From the NCBI RefSeq assembly GCF_963921235.1, contig NC_086097.1, positions 236,656,001-236,720,000 on the forward strand: 64,000 nucleotides of DNA, in the 5' to 3' direction. The DNA is from Mobula hypostoma. Taxonomy: Eukaryota. The notes beneath the pieces were generated by a model. The model saw only the letters and a list, made by a program, of their open reading frames with translations. It did not search any database and was not told where the DNA came from. The position numbers and the translations under genes are program-made. This document shows, one piece after another, positions 50,722-63,650 of this stretch (its first letter is position 1; the number at the start of each line of letters is the position of its first letter).

Positions 50722-52060
50722 CTAGAGACAACCATCTACCACCACTCTCTGGCTTCTTCCACAAAGCCAATGTCTAATCCAATTTACTACCACAGCTTGA
50801 ATGCTGAGTGACTGAGCCTTCTTGACCAACCTCCCATGTGGGACCTTCCTTGCTGAAGTCCATGTAGGCAACATCCACTGCCTTGCCCTCATCAACTTTC
50901 CTGGTAACTTCCTCAAAAAACTGCACAAGATTGATTAGACACAACTTACCACCCACAAAGCCATGTTGACTATCTCGCCAAATAATAATATATCCAGTCC
51001 TTTAGAATATCTTCCAATAACTTTTTCACTGCTGATGTCAGGCTCACCGGCCTATAATTTCATGACTTATTCTCAGAGCCTTTCTTAAACAATGGAACAA
51101 TATTAACTATCCTCCAGTCCTCCGGCACCTCACCTGTAGCTAACGACATTTTCAATTTCTCTGCTAGGGCCCTTGCAATTTCTGCACTAGCTTCCCACAG
51201 GATCCCAAGGGTACTCCTTGTCAGGCCCTTGGATTTATTGACCATAATTAAGAAAACTTTCCCGAGCACATTTGACAAACTCTTTCCCATCTACTCCTTT
51301 TTACAGTACGGGAGTCCCATCCAATACGTCAAGAGTTAAAATCACCTACTATCACAACTTCATGTTTCTTGCAATAGTTTGTGACATCTCTACAAATTTG
51401 CTCCTCTAAATCCCAGGGACTGTTGAGTCGTCTATGATATAATCCCATTAATGTGATTATACCTTTCTTATTCTTCAGTTCCACCATAAAGCCTCAATAG
51501 CTGAGCTCTCCAGTCTGTCTTGTCTGAGCACTGCCGTGACATTTTCCCTGACGAGTAATCCTTCCCGCTCTGTCACATCTAAAACAACAGAACCCCTGAA
51601 CAATGATCTGCCTGCCCTGCAATCAAATCTCATTGATGGCTACAATGTCATAATTCCTCATGCTGATCCATGCCCTAGGCTCATCCGCCTTTCCCACAAT
51701 ACTCACAGACTTATTTATCTTCAGACCTTTCTACTTCCAAACACCTTTTCCTTAGTGATAGTGACTACATTCACTTCTCCCCACCACCAACACTTTCTAA
51801 TTTCTGGCATAATGCTAGTGTCTTCCAGGGTGAAGACTGATGCAAAATACTATGAAGTTTGCCCCCATTGCCACCTCTCAGTGTCATTTTCCAGCGACCC
51901 ACTCTCGTCTCTCTTTTGATCGTTATATATCTGAAAAAACATTTGGCATTCTGATATATATTATTGGCTAGCTTATTTTCGTATTTCATCTTTTCTCTCC
52001 TCATTGTTTTTAGTTGCCTTTTGTTGGTTTTTAAAAGCTTCCCAATCCTCTAATGTCGCA
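50722..52060 (-). mobile_element. Degraded CR1 ORF2 fragments
   Basis: FFEEVTRKVDEGKAVDVAYMDFSK; TGEVPEDWRIVNIVPLFKKG; YENKLANNI..N.KCFFRYI. Confidence 0.8.
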
Positions 52061-52340
52061 CTATTTTTTGAGATAAAACATTTCCTTCTAGAGATGCTGT
52101 CTGACCTACTGTGTTTCTCCTCCAGTATTTTGTGTGTGCTGTTCACTGTACAATATGTTGATACATTGGACCTCATCTAAGAAGTGATCCAGTGTGGCCA
52201 TTCTCAAGATTAATAAATACTCATGTTTGGTGACATTCCCACAAATAATTTTGTAAATTTCTTTTTGGGAGTGATGAAGGTGGAGCTCATAATGCTGTTT
52301 TGCATTATGAGCACTGCGCTGCAGGCTGTAATGTCTAAAT

Positions 52341-52424
52341 CAGGGGTTCCCAGCCTTTTGTTATGCCATGGACCAATACCATTAAGCAAGGGTTAATGGT
52401 ACTGCCCGAGGTTAGAAACCCTTG
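52341..52424. mobile_element. 84-bp hAT (Charlie-like) MITE
   Basis: CAGGGGTTCCCAGCC...GGTTAGAAACCCTTG TIRs; perfect 8-bp TSD GTCTAAAT (52333-52340 / 52425-52432). Confidence 0.8.
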
Positions 52425-53299
52425 GTCTAAATGGTACAGTAATACGACTAGTTAGAACCTGACCCTATCACTGCCAGTTTATTTAGTGCAGATACAACCA
52501 TCATACAAAAAGAATCCTAACTCCAGTAATGCATCCCAATTGCAGTCAGTCAGACACAAAGAAAATAAAACAAAATAAACAAGCACTTTACTCTTCAAGA
52601 GAACTTAATCTACATCGAATTTTAATGGTTGCCACATTATATTGAAATCCTTGAAATATAAAGGTATTAACATATAGTAGCTAATAATAGGAGGGAAACG
52701 ATTTATAATAACTTCCCGCACAACTCTCATTAAATGACTGAACAGGAAAAAGCAAGTACAGCATGAACTTTCTGAGATGAAATGCTGTATTCCATATATT
52801 TAGTAATCCGCTGACTAACAATGTTCAAAGGAATTTATGAATACATGAATCAAGGCTACCATTTTAAATAGCTATGGGCCACAAGCCTTCTGAGATTGGT
52901 TCCTTGGGATTATGTAAAATTCAACCTTTAGCAGATGGAAAGGCAATAAAGAGATGTTAAACTGTTCCCCCCTTTTCCTCTTGCTCACAGACAAAGCACC
53001 TTCAATTTTGTGCTGCCTTAAAGCTCAGAGATGAGCTTTGGTATATAAACAACTTTGAGAAGGCCAATTTATCAGCAGAACTGACAATAAAGGAACAAAA
53101 AGACCTCACTCTGGAGCAGTCCAACTGAGCAGCAGAAGAACACACCAGATCAATTGTAGGAAAAGGATTTCAATGGAATCAGCTGCAAACCACTCCTCTG
53201 TGAAGGTGATGGTTGCCAAGTAACTCATATAATCAAATCTGTTGAAGGCAAACATCAAATATGTTGATATGCAAGCACATCTGGCAAAAATGTAAACAC

Positions 53300-53499
53300 A
53301 TGAGACTCTGGAGATGCTGGAAATCCACAACAACGCACACAAAATCTTGAAGGAACTCAGCAGGTCAGGCAGCTTCTTCCCCCTTCCTTTCCAGTCCTGA
53401 TGAAGGGTCTCGGGTGGAAATATCAACTGTTTAATCATTTCCATAGAAGCTGCCTGGATTGCTGAGTTGCTCCAGCGTTTTGTGTGTGTGTTGCTCTGG
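53300..53499. mobile_element. Short palindromic Penelope-end derivative with hammerhead core
   Basis: Minus arm 53300-53372, plus arm with CAGTC-CTGATGA-AGGGTCTCGGGTG-GAAA. Confidence 0.7.
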
Positions 53500-54854
53500 T
53501 AAAGGTATTTTCCATTGATAGGGACTACCATAGAGGTTACTGTGAAGGTCCAAATAAATGTTTAATAATTAACATTAGCCGAATGCAGATTGACTGACTG
53601 CCCTGTTGTATACCAAGTACTTACTACAGATGCAATAAAAATGAAATAATGAACATTTGAAAAATTAAACTCAGCATCAAAATGGAATAAAGAATGCAAA
53701 TCTTTGATCCTTTTGGTGGCGTCCTGGCGGAGACGAGATACAATGGGTATAGTTGGTGGCAACGTTAGTGCAGAGAGCAGAACAATGGAAGTAGTAAGCA
53801 GCAATACACGGTTTACCATGCCATCTGGTCTGCCATCTATCGGTTAATGAGAAAAGTTAGAAAGGACAAACAAAGGGGAATGTAAACGTTGAGAAATGCA
53901 GGTCAGAGTTGTTGCCTAAACCAGATATCGAAAGAAAAATGTCAGAAGCCAATCTCAGCGATGTCTGTAAAAAAAGGTAACAATGGAATCAGTAGACCTA
54001 TCCCCCTCTCTCTTCGCTACTGCCATTGGATGTGAGGTGCAGGATCCTTGGGTTCCACACCGCCAGGGCAGAGAGCGGTTATTGCTTGGCAGGCAACAGT
54101 ACTGAACTCACTCCACAGCCTGTAGACTCACTTTGAGGGACTCTGCAGCTCAGGTTCTGAGTATTTTTTATTTTTTTTTAACAATTTGCAAAATTTGTAC
54201 TCTTTTGCGCATTAGATGTTTGTCGGTTTTGATCGTGTCTGGTTTTTCATCGCTTCTATTGTGTTTCTTTGGTTTTCTGGGTGCCTGCAAGAAGACAAAT
54301 CTCAAGGTTGTATATGACATACATTCCTTGATAATTAATTTGAACCTTGAACTTTGAACACTTGGATATACTTATAGTATAACTGACCAGTCCAGATACA
54401 ATCAGAAAACATGAATTATCTAAACTTGTTCAATTCACTATTAAATCTGGAAGGTTACAATCTGCCTAGATGAAGAATAAGACACAATTCTTCAAGATTA
54501 CACTGGATGCCATTGGATCAGTGCATTGGGCTACAGAGAGGCATGTCAGAGAGTGAGTGGGATGGAATATGAAACTGACAGGCTCAGACTCACCTCCGTA
54601 ACCTGTGAAGTTACTCCGTAAGGCACTCACCCAATCTGTGTTGGAATTAGGTTAAGCAGATCACTGCATCATCTGAAAGAATTTATGGCATCCCCATACA
54701 ATGTGGAAGTATGAGTTAAAAGCAAGTCATTCCATCTCCTGTGGTGCCTGAGGAAAGATTGGAGAGTAGGAAATAATTGATGGAGATCTAAAAGAGGACT
54801 AGTTAATATCAAAGGGAATAGACCTTTCAGAAGTTTGAATGAAAGAAAGATAAG

Positions 54855-57030
54855 GCCTATTTTTGAGTATTGAGTGCAGTTTTGGTCACCTAACTGCAGG
54901 AAGGGTATCAAAATGGTTGAAAGAGTATAGAAAAAATTTACCAGGGGGTGGCCAGATCTGAGTTATAAGGAAAGGTTGAATGGGTTAGGATGTTATTCCC
55001 TGAAGCACAGAAGAATGAAGGGATATCTGATAGAGGTACACAAAATTATGGGATACCTTGTCAAAAGCCTTCTGAATGTCCAAGTAAATGATATTAACCA
55101 CTCTATTATCATAAATTTTAGTTGCCTCTTCATAGAAATCCAGCATATTAGTAAAACATGATTTCCCTTTTCTGAACCCATGCTGGCTTTCTGCTAACAT
55201 GCCTGTTCTTATATACTGGATCCAATGTTGTTTGTCATATATATTAATGATCTGGATGATGGGGTGGTAAATTGGATTAGTAAATATGCAGATAATACTA
55301 AGATAGGTGACGTTGTGGATAATGAAGTAGACTTTCAAGGCTTGCAGAGAGATTTAGGCCAGTTAGAAGAGTGGGCTGAAAGATGGCAGATGGAGTTTAA
55401 TGCTGAAAAATGTGAGGTGCTACATTTTGGTAGGACTAATCAAAATAGGACATACATGGTAAATGGTAGGGCATTGAAGAATGCTGAAGAACAGAGGGAT
55501 CTAGGAATAATGGTGCATAGTTCCCTGAAGGTGGAATCTCATGTGGATAGGGTGGTGAAGAGAGCTTTTGGTAAGCTGGCCTTTATAAATCAGAGCATTG
55601 AGTATAGGAGTTGGGATGTAATGTTGAAATTGTATAAGGCATTGGTAAGGCCAAATTTGGAGTATTGTGTACAGTTCAGGTCACCAAATTATAGGAAAGA
55701 TGTCAATAAAATTGAGAGAGGAGGTTTACTAAAATGTTGCCTGGGTTTCATCTCCTAAGTTACAGAGAAAGGTTGAACAAGTTAGGTCTTTATTCTTTGG
55801 AGTGTAGAAGGTTGAGAGGGGACTTGATAGAGGTGTTTAAAATTATGAGGGGGATTGATAGAGTTGACTTGGATAAGCTTTTTCCATTGAGGGTGGGGGA
55901 GATCCAAACAAAAGGACATGAGTTGAGAGTTAAAAGGCAAAAGTTTAGGGGTAACATGAGGGGGAACTTCTTTATTCGGAGAGTGGTGGCTATGTGAAAC
56001 GAGCTTCCAGCAGAAGTGGTTGAGGCAGGTTCGATGTTGTCGTTTAAAGTTAAATTGGATAGATGTATGCACAGGAAGGGAATGGAGGGTAATGGACCAA
56101 GTGCAGGTCGGTGGGACTAGGTGAGAGTAGGAGTTCAGCAGGGACTAGAAGGGCCAAGATAGCCTGTTTCTGTGCTGTAATTGTTATATGGTTATATGGT
56201 TTGTTATATAGTTATCAGCTGCTGTTCCATCTCATTCTTTATTATAGTTTGCATTACCTTACTTACAATACACGTTAAGCTTACTGGTCGATTGTTACCT
56301 GGGTCAACGTGGTCACCCTTATTATGTACCGGCACAACATTAACCCATTTGCAGTCAACAATCTTAACTGACTTTTGAAAAATAAATGTTGGAGGTTTGT
56401 ATATATAATCACAGACCTCCTTAAGTACCCTTGGATATATGAGAGGCATAGATAGAATAGACAAAGAGTATCTGTTTCCCAGGGTTGAAATGTCTAATAC
56501 CTGTGGGCATGCATTGGAGGTAGAGTCAAAGGGGATGTGAGGGGTAAGTTTTTTACTTGGAGAGTTGTGGATGCCTGGAATGTGCTGTCTGGTATGGTGG
56601 TAGAAACAAGTAATACATTAGAGGCTTTTAAGAGATTTGGATACGCACATGGAACATGGTGTAGGTAGGAGGGATTAGTGTTTGGCTGTTTATGATTTGC
56701 TTTTTATCTGGCTCAGCACAACATTGTAGGCTGAATGGCCTGTTCCTGTGTTATACCGTTCTGTGTTCTAATAAATTTACTTTGAACTTTGAACATTGGG
56801 AACATGAGGGGGAATGTGTTCACTCAGAGGGTATTGTGGGCGTGGAACAAGCTGAGAATGGAAGTGGTAGATTCAAGTTTGATTTCAACATTTAAGAGAA
56901 GTTTGGAGAGGTACATGGATGTGAGGAGAATGGAGAGCTATGATCTGCGTGCAGATAGATGGATTTAGGTAGAATAATATGTGGTATGGACTGGATGGGG
57001 CAAGGGGACTGCACTGTGGTGCTCTACGAT
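54855..57030. mobile_element. Cluster of nested CR1 fragments; best-preserved plus copy 55215-56200
   Basis: LFVIYINDLD..ISKYADNTK..WAERWQMEFN..KC..LYKALVRPNLEYCVQF; minus-strand CR1 RT pieces at 55055-55213 and 56205-56435. Confidence 0.85.
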
Positions 57031-57684
57031 TCAATCTGTCTGCTCATGAAATCCTATTGGAAATAAACAAAGTGATGAAGGTTGATTCAGTGAATGCATG
57101 GCTAATGAGGTAGAAGGTGAGGAACTGGGAACTATGTACTTGGTTTTAACAGGAGGATTTGAGCAGAGTACAGAGGTATGGGAATTAGATAAAACATAGC
57201 CAAGAACTCTTCCAATTATGACTGATCGAGCATTAAGGTGAAGGAGAAAGAAGGCAGCTTTGAGACAACTGTGTGGAAATCCCTTCATCAGAGCAGGTAC
57301 AAAAAAGATGGTGTAAATAAGAGAACTGATTAGAGTCTTCCAGATGGCAAGGTGAGCAAAGATTTAGTCAGGGTTACTTTGGCAGATTTATGAGTTCATT
57401 ACTGATTAATTCATTCTTCAAACTTCTCAATGAAAAAATGTTACTTATCCATGTGAAAGATTTAAAAAAAATTACTGTTTGCTTTTTAATATATTTCTAT
57501 TGAATAGATTTTTTATTTTATATAATTTGAGTTGCATTCAAATCATTCTACATTTTTAATTAATGAATCCCAATGAAAAAGATACATTTTAGTTAGCTGG
57601 AGACACAAGAGAGATTGCAGATGCTGGAAATTTGCAGTAACACACACAAAATGCTGGATGAATTCAGCATGTCAGGGCAAATCT

Positions 57685-58045
57685 ATCGATTGTTATGTGC
57701 CATGTCATATGACATAGGTAATCATGGTCTTTCCATGACCATGACTGTTCTTGGCAAATTTTTCTCCAGAAGTGTTTTGCCATTGCCTTCTTCTGGGTAG
57801 TTTCTTGACAGGATGGGTGACCCCAGTTATTACCAATACTCTTCAGAGATTGGCGTCAGTGGTCACATAACCAAGACTTATGATATGCACCAGCTGCTCG
57901 TATGACCATCCAACACCTGCACCCATGGCTTCTTGGTGGGGAGGCTAAGCAGGTTCTACAACTTGTCCAAGCATGACCTGCAGGCTAGTGGAGGGAAGGA
58001 GCATCTTAAAAACTCCTTTGGTAGAGATGTATATCCACCCTACCA
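57685..58045 (-). mobile_element. RTE-related SINE-like element
   Basis: Minus strand CCCAGAAGAAGGCAATGGCAAAACACTTC, an RTE/BovB-type SINE motif; partial copy at 48970-49054. Confidence 0.5.
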
Positions 58046-59488
58046 CTCAGTACATCTATCGAGAGAAATAAACTATCAACATTATAGGCTTGAACCCTCC
58101 ATCAGGACTGCAGTAACGGAGATCACAGGTGGCGGGGGAAGGTTCCAGTGAGAGAGGTCTCACAGAACTCCCATGGAAGAGAGGAGGAAAGCTTCTTCAG
58201 GGTAGGCGTCATGATCATGTACCGTCTAACATAACACTTTACACTGTCAGTGATCACCAGAGTCCAAGACCTGTATTGTCTGTAAGGAGTTCGTACGTTA
58301 TCTCTGTGACCATGTGGCTTTCCTCCTCTTGCCCCAGTTCCCTCCTATGTTCCAAATATGGAACATGAGAACATAAGATATAGGAGCAGAATTAGGCCAT
58401 TTGGCCCATCGAGTCTGCTCTGCCATTTCATCTTGGCTGATCCAATTTTCCACTCAGCGCCAATTCCTGCCTTCACCACCCCTCGTATTCCTTCATACCT
58501 GCGTACTCAAGAATCTATCAACCTCTGCCTTAGATATACCTAATGACTTGGGTTGTATATTGTTAGTAAGTCGTGGGCATGCTATGTTGGCTTCGGAAGG
58601 ATGCTGACACTTGCGGTCAGCTCCCAGCGCATTCTAGCAAAAGCCGCATTTTGCTGTACATTTCAATGTTTTGAAGTGCATGTGAAAAATAAAGCTAATC
58701 TATACCTTAAAGAGACGTATATTTCCTTACACTGTAAACAACTCAGTAGTACAGCTGGATTGTGATAGGAATACTTTCTGGATGTCCAGATCAATTATTA
58801 TTAACAGGTTGGATATGTCTCCGAGTTATACTTAGTGTCATTGTACATCAGCAAGAGAGTCTGTATATGCAATGAGAACTGATACAGAGATACCACCCTT
58901 CACAGCTAGATGAAGCTATTATTCAACAGATCCTGTCCAACCCTTCAAGTCATAATGAGAGCTTAAGTTTCTTTCTGCAGTGTAAATATCAGATTTATTT
59001 CATGTATTTGCCTCTTGTGTTTCAAGATGTACATTTATATCCGTTGAATTGGTATATTTGCTGACAATACCTGAATATGAAATCTACCAGACGATTGTAG
59101 GTATCATATTCGTAAGGCAAAAATGTTGAGATTAAATGACTCTGCCAACAGAGTGAGTAAGCGGAATGGCCCTTCTGGCACAACACTGTATTAAAATAGA
59201 ATGCTCCTGCTTCACTGTTTGTATTTCTAAAAGCTGATAGATTTAGTTGTCTTGATGATGAGATCATGAAGGATGAAGAAATGTTATTTGGATTCTCCAG
59301 TAAATGTTTCGATTTTTACTTGTCTCTGAACATAACAAAGACTAGCTGAGAAAAGAAATGTGAATTCTAGCTTCACTTCTGAAACTCAGGCCTGGCCTGT
59401 TTCCGCAGGAGGTGCTGGCCAATTGGAGCCATAATAATGATTTCACATGGGCCCTTCCAGGCAATGTTTTTTTAATGATTTGGAAATG

Positions 59489-60831
59489 TACTCAGTAGAC
59501 ACTTTATTGGGTACACCTGTACATCCAAGTTAGCAGCACATTCGGATGCAGCGACCACTTTGTCTCTGGGTGTAATAGTTTATCCACGTCCTATATGTCT
59601 TTGTTAACTTATCTTCACAAGTTATCATGTGTTATGTGTACTGCTGTGGTTTACATCCTGATCTGAAGAAACGTTATCTTGTTTCTATGTACATTATATG
59701 GCCATATACATTATATGCATGTCAATAAAATTGACTTCACTTGATTTCACGTCCCATTCCCATTCTGATATGTCTATCCACGGCCTCCTCTACTGTCAAG
59801 GTGAAGCCACACTCAGGTTGGAGGAACAACACCTTATATTCCGTCTGGGTAGCCTCCAACCTGATGGCATGAACATTGACTTCTCTACTGCCCCACCTCT
59901 CCCTCGTACACCATCCGTTATTTATTTATGTATTTATATTTATTATTTATTATGAGAGAGATATATATATATATATTCTTTCTCATTCTCTCCTTTTTCT
60001 CTCTCTGTCCCTCTCACTATACCCTTTGCCCATCCTCTGGGCTTCCCCCCTCCCCTTTTCTTTCTCCCTGGGCCTCCTGTCCCATGATCCTCTCATATCC
60101 CCTTTTGCCAATCACCTGTCCAGCTCTTGGCTCCATCCCTCCCCCTCCTGTCTTCTCCTATCATTTCGGATCTCCCCCTCCCCCTCCCACTTTCAAATCT
60201 CTTCTAGCTCTTCTTTCAGTTAGTCCTGACGAAGGGTCTCAGCCTGAAACATCAACTGTACCTTTTCCTAGAGATGCTGCCTGGCCTGCTGCGTTCACCA
60301 GCAACTTTTATGTGTGTTGCTTGACTTCACTTGACCTGGCTTGTTAATGCAAATATCTAATCAGCCAATCATGTGGCAGCATCTCAATGCATAAAAGCAT
60401 GCAGATGTGGTCAAGGGGTTCAGTTGTTGTTCAGAACAAACATCAGAATGGTGAAGAAATGTGATCTAAGTAACTTTAACTGTGGAATGATTATTAGTGC
60501 TATATGGGTGGTTTGAGTATCTCAGAAACTACTTATCTCCTGAGATTTTCACACATAACAGTCTCTAGAGTTTACACACAATGGTGCAAACAAAAATCCT
60601 GTGAGCTAAGTTTCGGTGGGCAAAAATGCCTTGTTATTGGGAGCAGTCAGAGGAATGGCCAGATTGGTTTGAGCTGACAGAAGGGTAACAGTTACGTAAG
60701 TAACCTCTCATAACAACAGCAGTTTGCAAAAGAGCATCTCTAAATGCACTGAACCTTGAAGTGGAAGGGCTATAGCAGCAGAACGCCAAGCCGGGTTCAA
60801 CTCTTGTACCTAATAAAGTGGCCTCTGAGTG
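59489..60831 (+). mobile_element. Tc1/mariner deletion derivative with nested insertions
   Basis: TIRs ACTCAGTAGACACTTTATTGGGTAC / GTACCTAATAAAGTGGCCTCTGAGTG followed by TA; degraded N-terminal HTH coding MVKKCDLSNFNCGMII...SISETTYLL.FSH.TVSRVY from 60448. Confidence 0.75.
59745..60320 (+). mobile_element. Penelope-like 3' fragment, same subfamily as 17178-18347
   Basis: EATLRLEEQHLIFRLGSLQPDGMNIDF; hammerhead core CTGACGA..GAAA at ~60221-60258; flanking direct repeat TTGACTTCACTTGA (59731-59744 / 60321-60334). Confidence 0.88.
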
Positions 60832-61136
60832 TATTATTAGGCACTCGAGCACAGGAGTAGTTAGAAGAGTCTGGGTATGTGGCCTGCTCCTGAAATCCCA
60901 GCAGCCAAAAACATGGGGCAGCACCGTAGTGTAGTGATTAGCACAAAGTTTTATATTACCAGCAACCCCAGTTCAAGTCCTGCTACTGACTGAAAGGAGT
61001 TTGTACATTCTCCTTGTGATTGTATTGGTTTCCTCCATGTACTGGTTGTCAGGTTAATTGGTCATATTAAATTGTCCCGATATTAGCCAGGGTTAAATCA
61101 GGGGTTGCTGGCCAGTGCAGCATGAAGGCCTTTTTA

Positions 61137-61745
61137 TGGATACTTAATTGATTCCAAAGGAAATTACAGTGTCATAGTAGCATTACAAGTGTCCAGATAT
61201 ACAAATATTAGAAGAGAAGTAAGAAAGAATAAAAATAAGTTACCTTAAAAATGGAATGTACAAGATTTAAAAGTCAAAGAGTATAAGATCACTTCTCTGG
61301 CTATAGAGCTGATGGCTAAAGGTAAGAATGACCTCATATAGCGCTCTTTGGAGCAGTGCAGATATCTTAGTCTATTGCTAAAAATGCTTCTTTGTTCAAC
61401 CAAGATGACACACAGGGGGTGAGAAACATTGTCCAGAGTTGCCAGGATTTTCTGTAGGGTCCTTTATTCTCCCACAGCCTGTGTCCAGTTTGACTCCTAT
61501 AACAGAGCCAGCCTTCCTAATCAGTTTGTTGAGCCTATTGGCATCACTTATGTTGATGTCATTGCCCCAGAAACCAGCGTACAGAAGACCGTACTGGTGA
61601 CAACAGGCAGGTAGAACATGTGAAGGAGAGGCCTGCATACTCCAAAGAATTTCAATCTCCTCAGGAAGTAGAGGCGACTCTGGCCCTTCCACACAGCCTC
61701 GAGTCTGTCCTCCAGGTGCACCCCCAGGTACTTGTAGGTCCTCAT
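61137..61745 (-). mobile_element. Rex1/Babar-type LINE 3' fragment
   Basis: YKYLGVHLEDRL...KGQSRLYFLRRLK.FGVCRPLLHMFY; homologous to 2458-3060. Confidence 0.78.
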
Positions 61746-62000
61746 CATCAGTAGTAACAGAGAGCAGTTCAGGCTTAGCCTTCTTACAGTCCTCGTCTGC
61801 TCTGTATCACAACAAACAAACAAATAAATAAGAATCTACGGAGACACAGTAAGGTCTGGTCATCAACCTGAGCAGTGTGGTTATCCTTTTAAAATACTTC
61901 AGTTCTGTTAAGGTATTTTACCTCTGGAAGATCTTCAGCAGCCATGAACTTAGACGGAAGTTAACGTATTTGCACTGAATAGATTTTTAATTTTATAAAA

Positions 62001-62220
62001 GCAACACGCATAAAATGCTGGGGGAACTCTGCAGGCCAGGCGGCACCTATGGAAAAGAGTACAGTCGATTTTTTGGGCTGAGACCCTTCGTCAGGACTGG
62101 TGAAGGGTCTCAGCCCAAAATATCAATGGCTTACTCTTTTCCATAGATGCGGCTTGTCTACTGAGTTCCTCCAGCATTTTGTGGGTGTTGCTTGGATTTC
62201 CAGCATCTGCAGTTTTTCTC
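62001..62220. mobile_element. Palindromic Penelope-end derivative with ~90-bp arms
   Basis: GCAACAC...TTTTGGGCTGAGACCCTTC / GAAGGGTCTCAGCCCAAAA...GTGTTGC. Confidence 0.8.
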
Positions 62221-62504
62221 ATCTTTAATTTTATATGATTTGAGAAACATTCAAATCATTCTACTTTTTTACTTACGGAATCCCAATGGCAAAGATTATT
62301 TTCATGAGCTGGAGACACAAGAGAGACTGCAGAAGCTGGAGGTCTGCAGTAACACACAAAATGCAAGTGGAACTCAGCAGGTTAGGCAGCTTCTATGGAG
62401 AGAAGTGAACAGTTGATGTTTCAGGTGAGACCCTTCATCAGGACTGGAGCAGCAGAGATCAAAGCCAACATTAACAGAGAGCAAGGGCAAGCAATTAGGA
62501 AGGC

Positions 62505-63650
62505 AATGCGCAAACTTAAAGCACACGGTATTGGGGGTAAGGTATTGGTGTGGGTGGAGAATTGGTTAGCAGACAGGAAGCAAAGAGTGGGAATAAACGG
62601 GACCTTTTCAGAATGGCAGGCGGTGACTAGTGGGGTACCGCAAGGCTCAGTGCTGGGACCCCAGTTGTTTACAATATATATTAATGACTTGGATGAGGGA
62701 ATTAAATGCAGCATCTCCAAGTTTGCGGATGACACGAAGCTGGGTGGCAGTGTTAGCTGTGAGGAGGATGCTAAGAGGATGCAGGGTGACTTGGATAGAT
62801 TGGGTGAGTGGGCAAACTCATGGCAGATGCAATTTAATGTGGATAAATGTGAAGTTATCCACTTTGGTGGCAAAAATAGGAAAACAGATTATTATCTGAA
62901 TGGTGGCCGATTAGGAAAAGGGGAGGTGCAACGAGACCTGGGTGTCATTATACACCAGTCATTGAAAGTGGGCATGCAGGTACAGCAGGCGGTGAAAAAG
63001 GCGAATGGTATGCTGGCATTTATAGCGAGAGGATTCGAGTACAGGAGCAGGGAGGTACTACTGCAGTTGTACAAGGCCTTGGTGAGACCACACCTGGAGT
63101 ATTGTGTGCAGTTTTGGTCCCCTAATCTGAGGAAAGACATCTTTGCCATAGAGGGAGTACAAAGAAGGTTCACCAGATTGATTCCTGGGATGGCAGGACT
63201 TTCATATGAAGAAAGACTGGATGAACTGGGCTTGTACTCGTTGGAATTTAGAAGATTGAGGGGGGATCTGATTGAAACGTATAAGATCCTAAAGGGATTG
63301 GACAGGCTAGATGCAGGAAGATTGTTCCCGATGTTGGGGAAGTCCAGAACGAGGGGTCACAGTTTGAGGATAGAGGGGAAGCCTTTTAGGACCGAGATTA
63401 GGAAAAACTTCTTCACACAGAGAGTGGTGAATCTGTGGAATTCTCTGCCACAGCAAACTGTTGAGGCCAGTTCATTGGCTATGTTTAAGAGGGAGTTAGA
63501 TATGGCCCTTGTGGCTACAGGGGTCAGGGGGTATGGAGGGAAGGCTGGGGCAGGGTTCTGAGTTGGATGATCAGCCATGATCATAATAAATGGCGGTGCA
63601 GGCTCGAAGGGCCGAATGGCCTACTCCTGCACCTATTTTCTATGTTTCTA
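62505..63650 (+). mobile_element. Young 5'-truncated CR1 LINE with an open RT C-terminal frame (~350 aa)
   Basis: KLKAHGIGG...SGVPQGSVLGPQLFTIYINDLD...KFADDTKL...WQMQFNVDKC...FFTQRVVNLWNSLP; 3' tail CCTATTTTCTATGTTTCTA. Confidence 0.93.

Noticed and set aside
53690..53819. Leptin or cytokine identity for MVNRVLLL...IPIVSRLRQDATKRIKDL
   Set aside because: Only a faint resemblance that needs a gap of about 8 aa, with no matching downstream exon; not supportable without a search
62395..63561. 388-aa ORF as a host gene or complete RT
   Set aside because: Chimeric: it begins in a Penelope end and spacer, then runs into a 5'-truncated CR1 RT lacking its N-terminus and endonuclease
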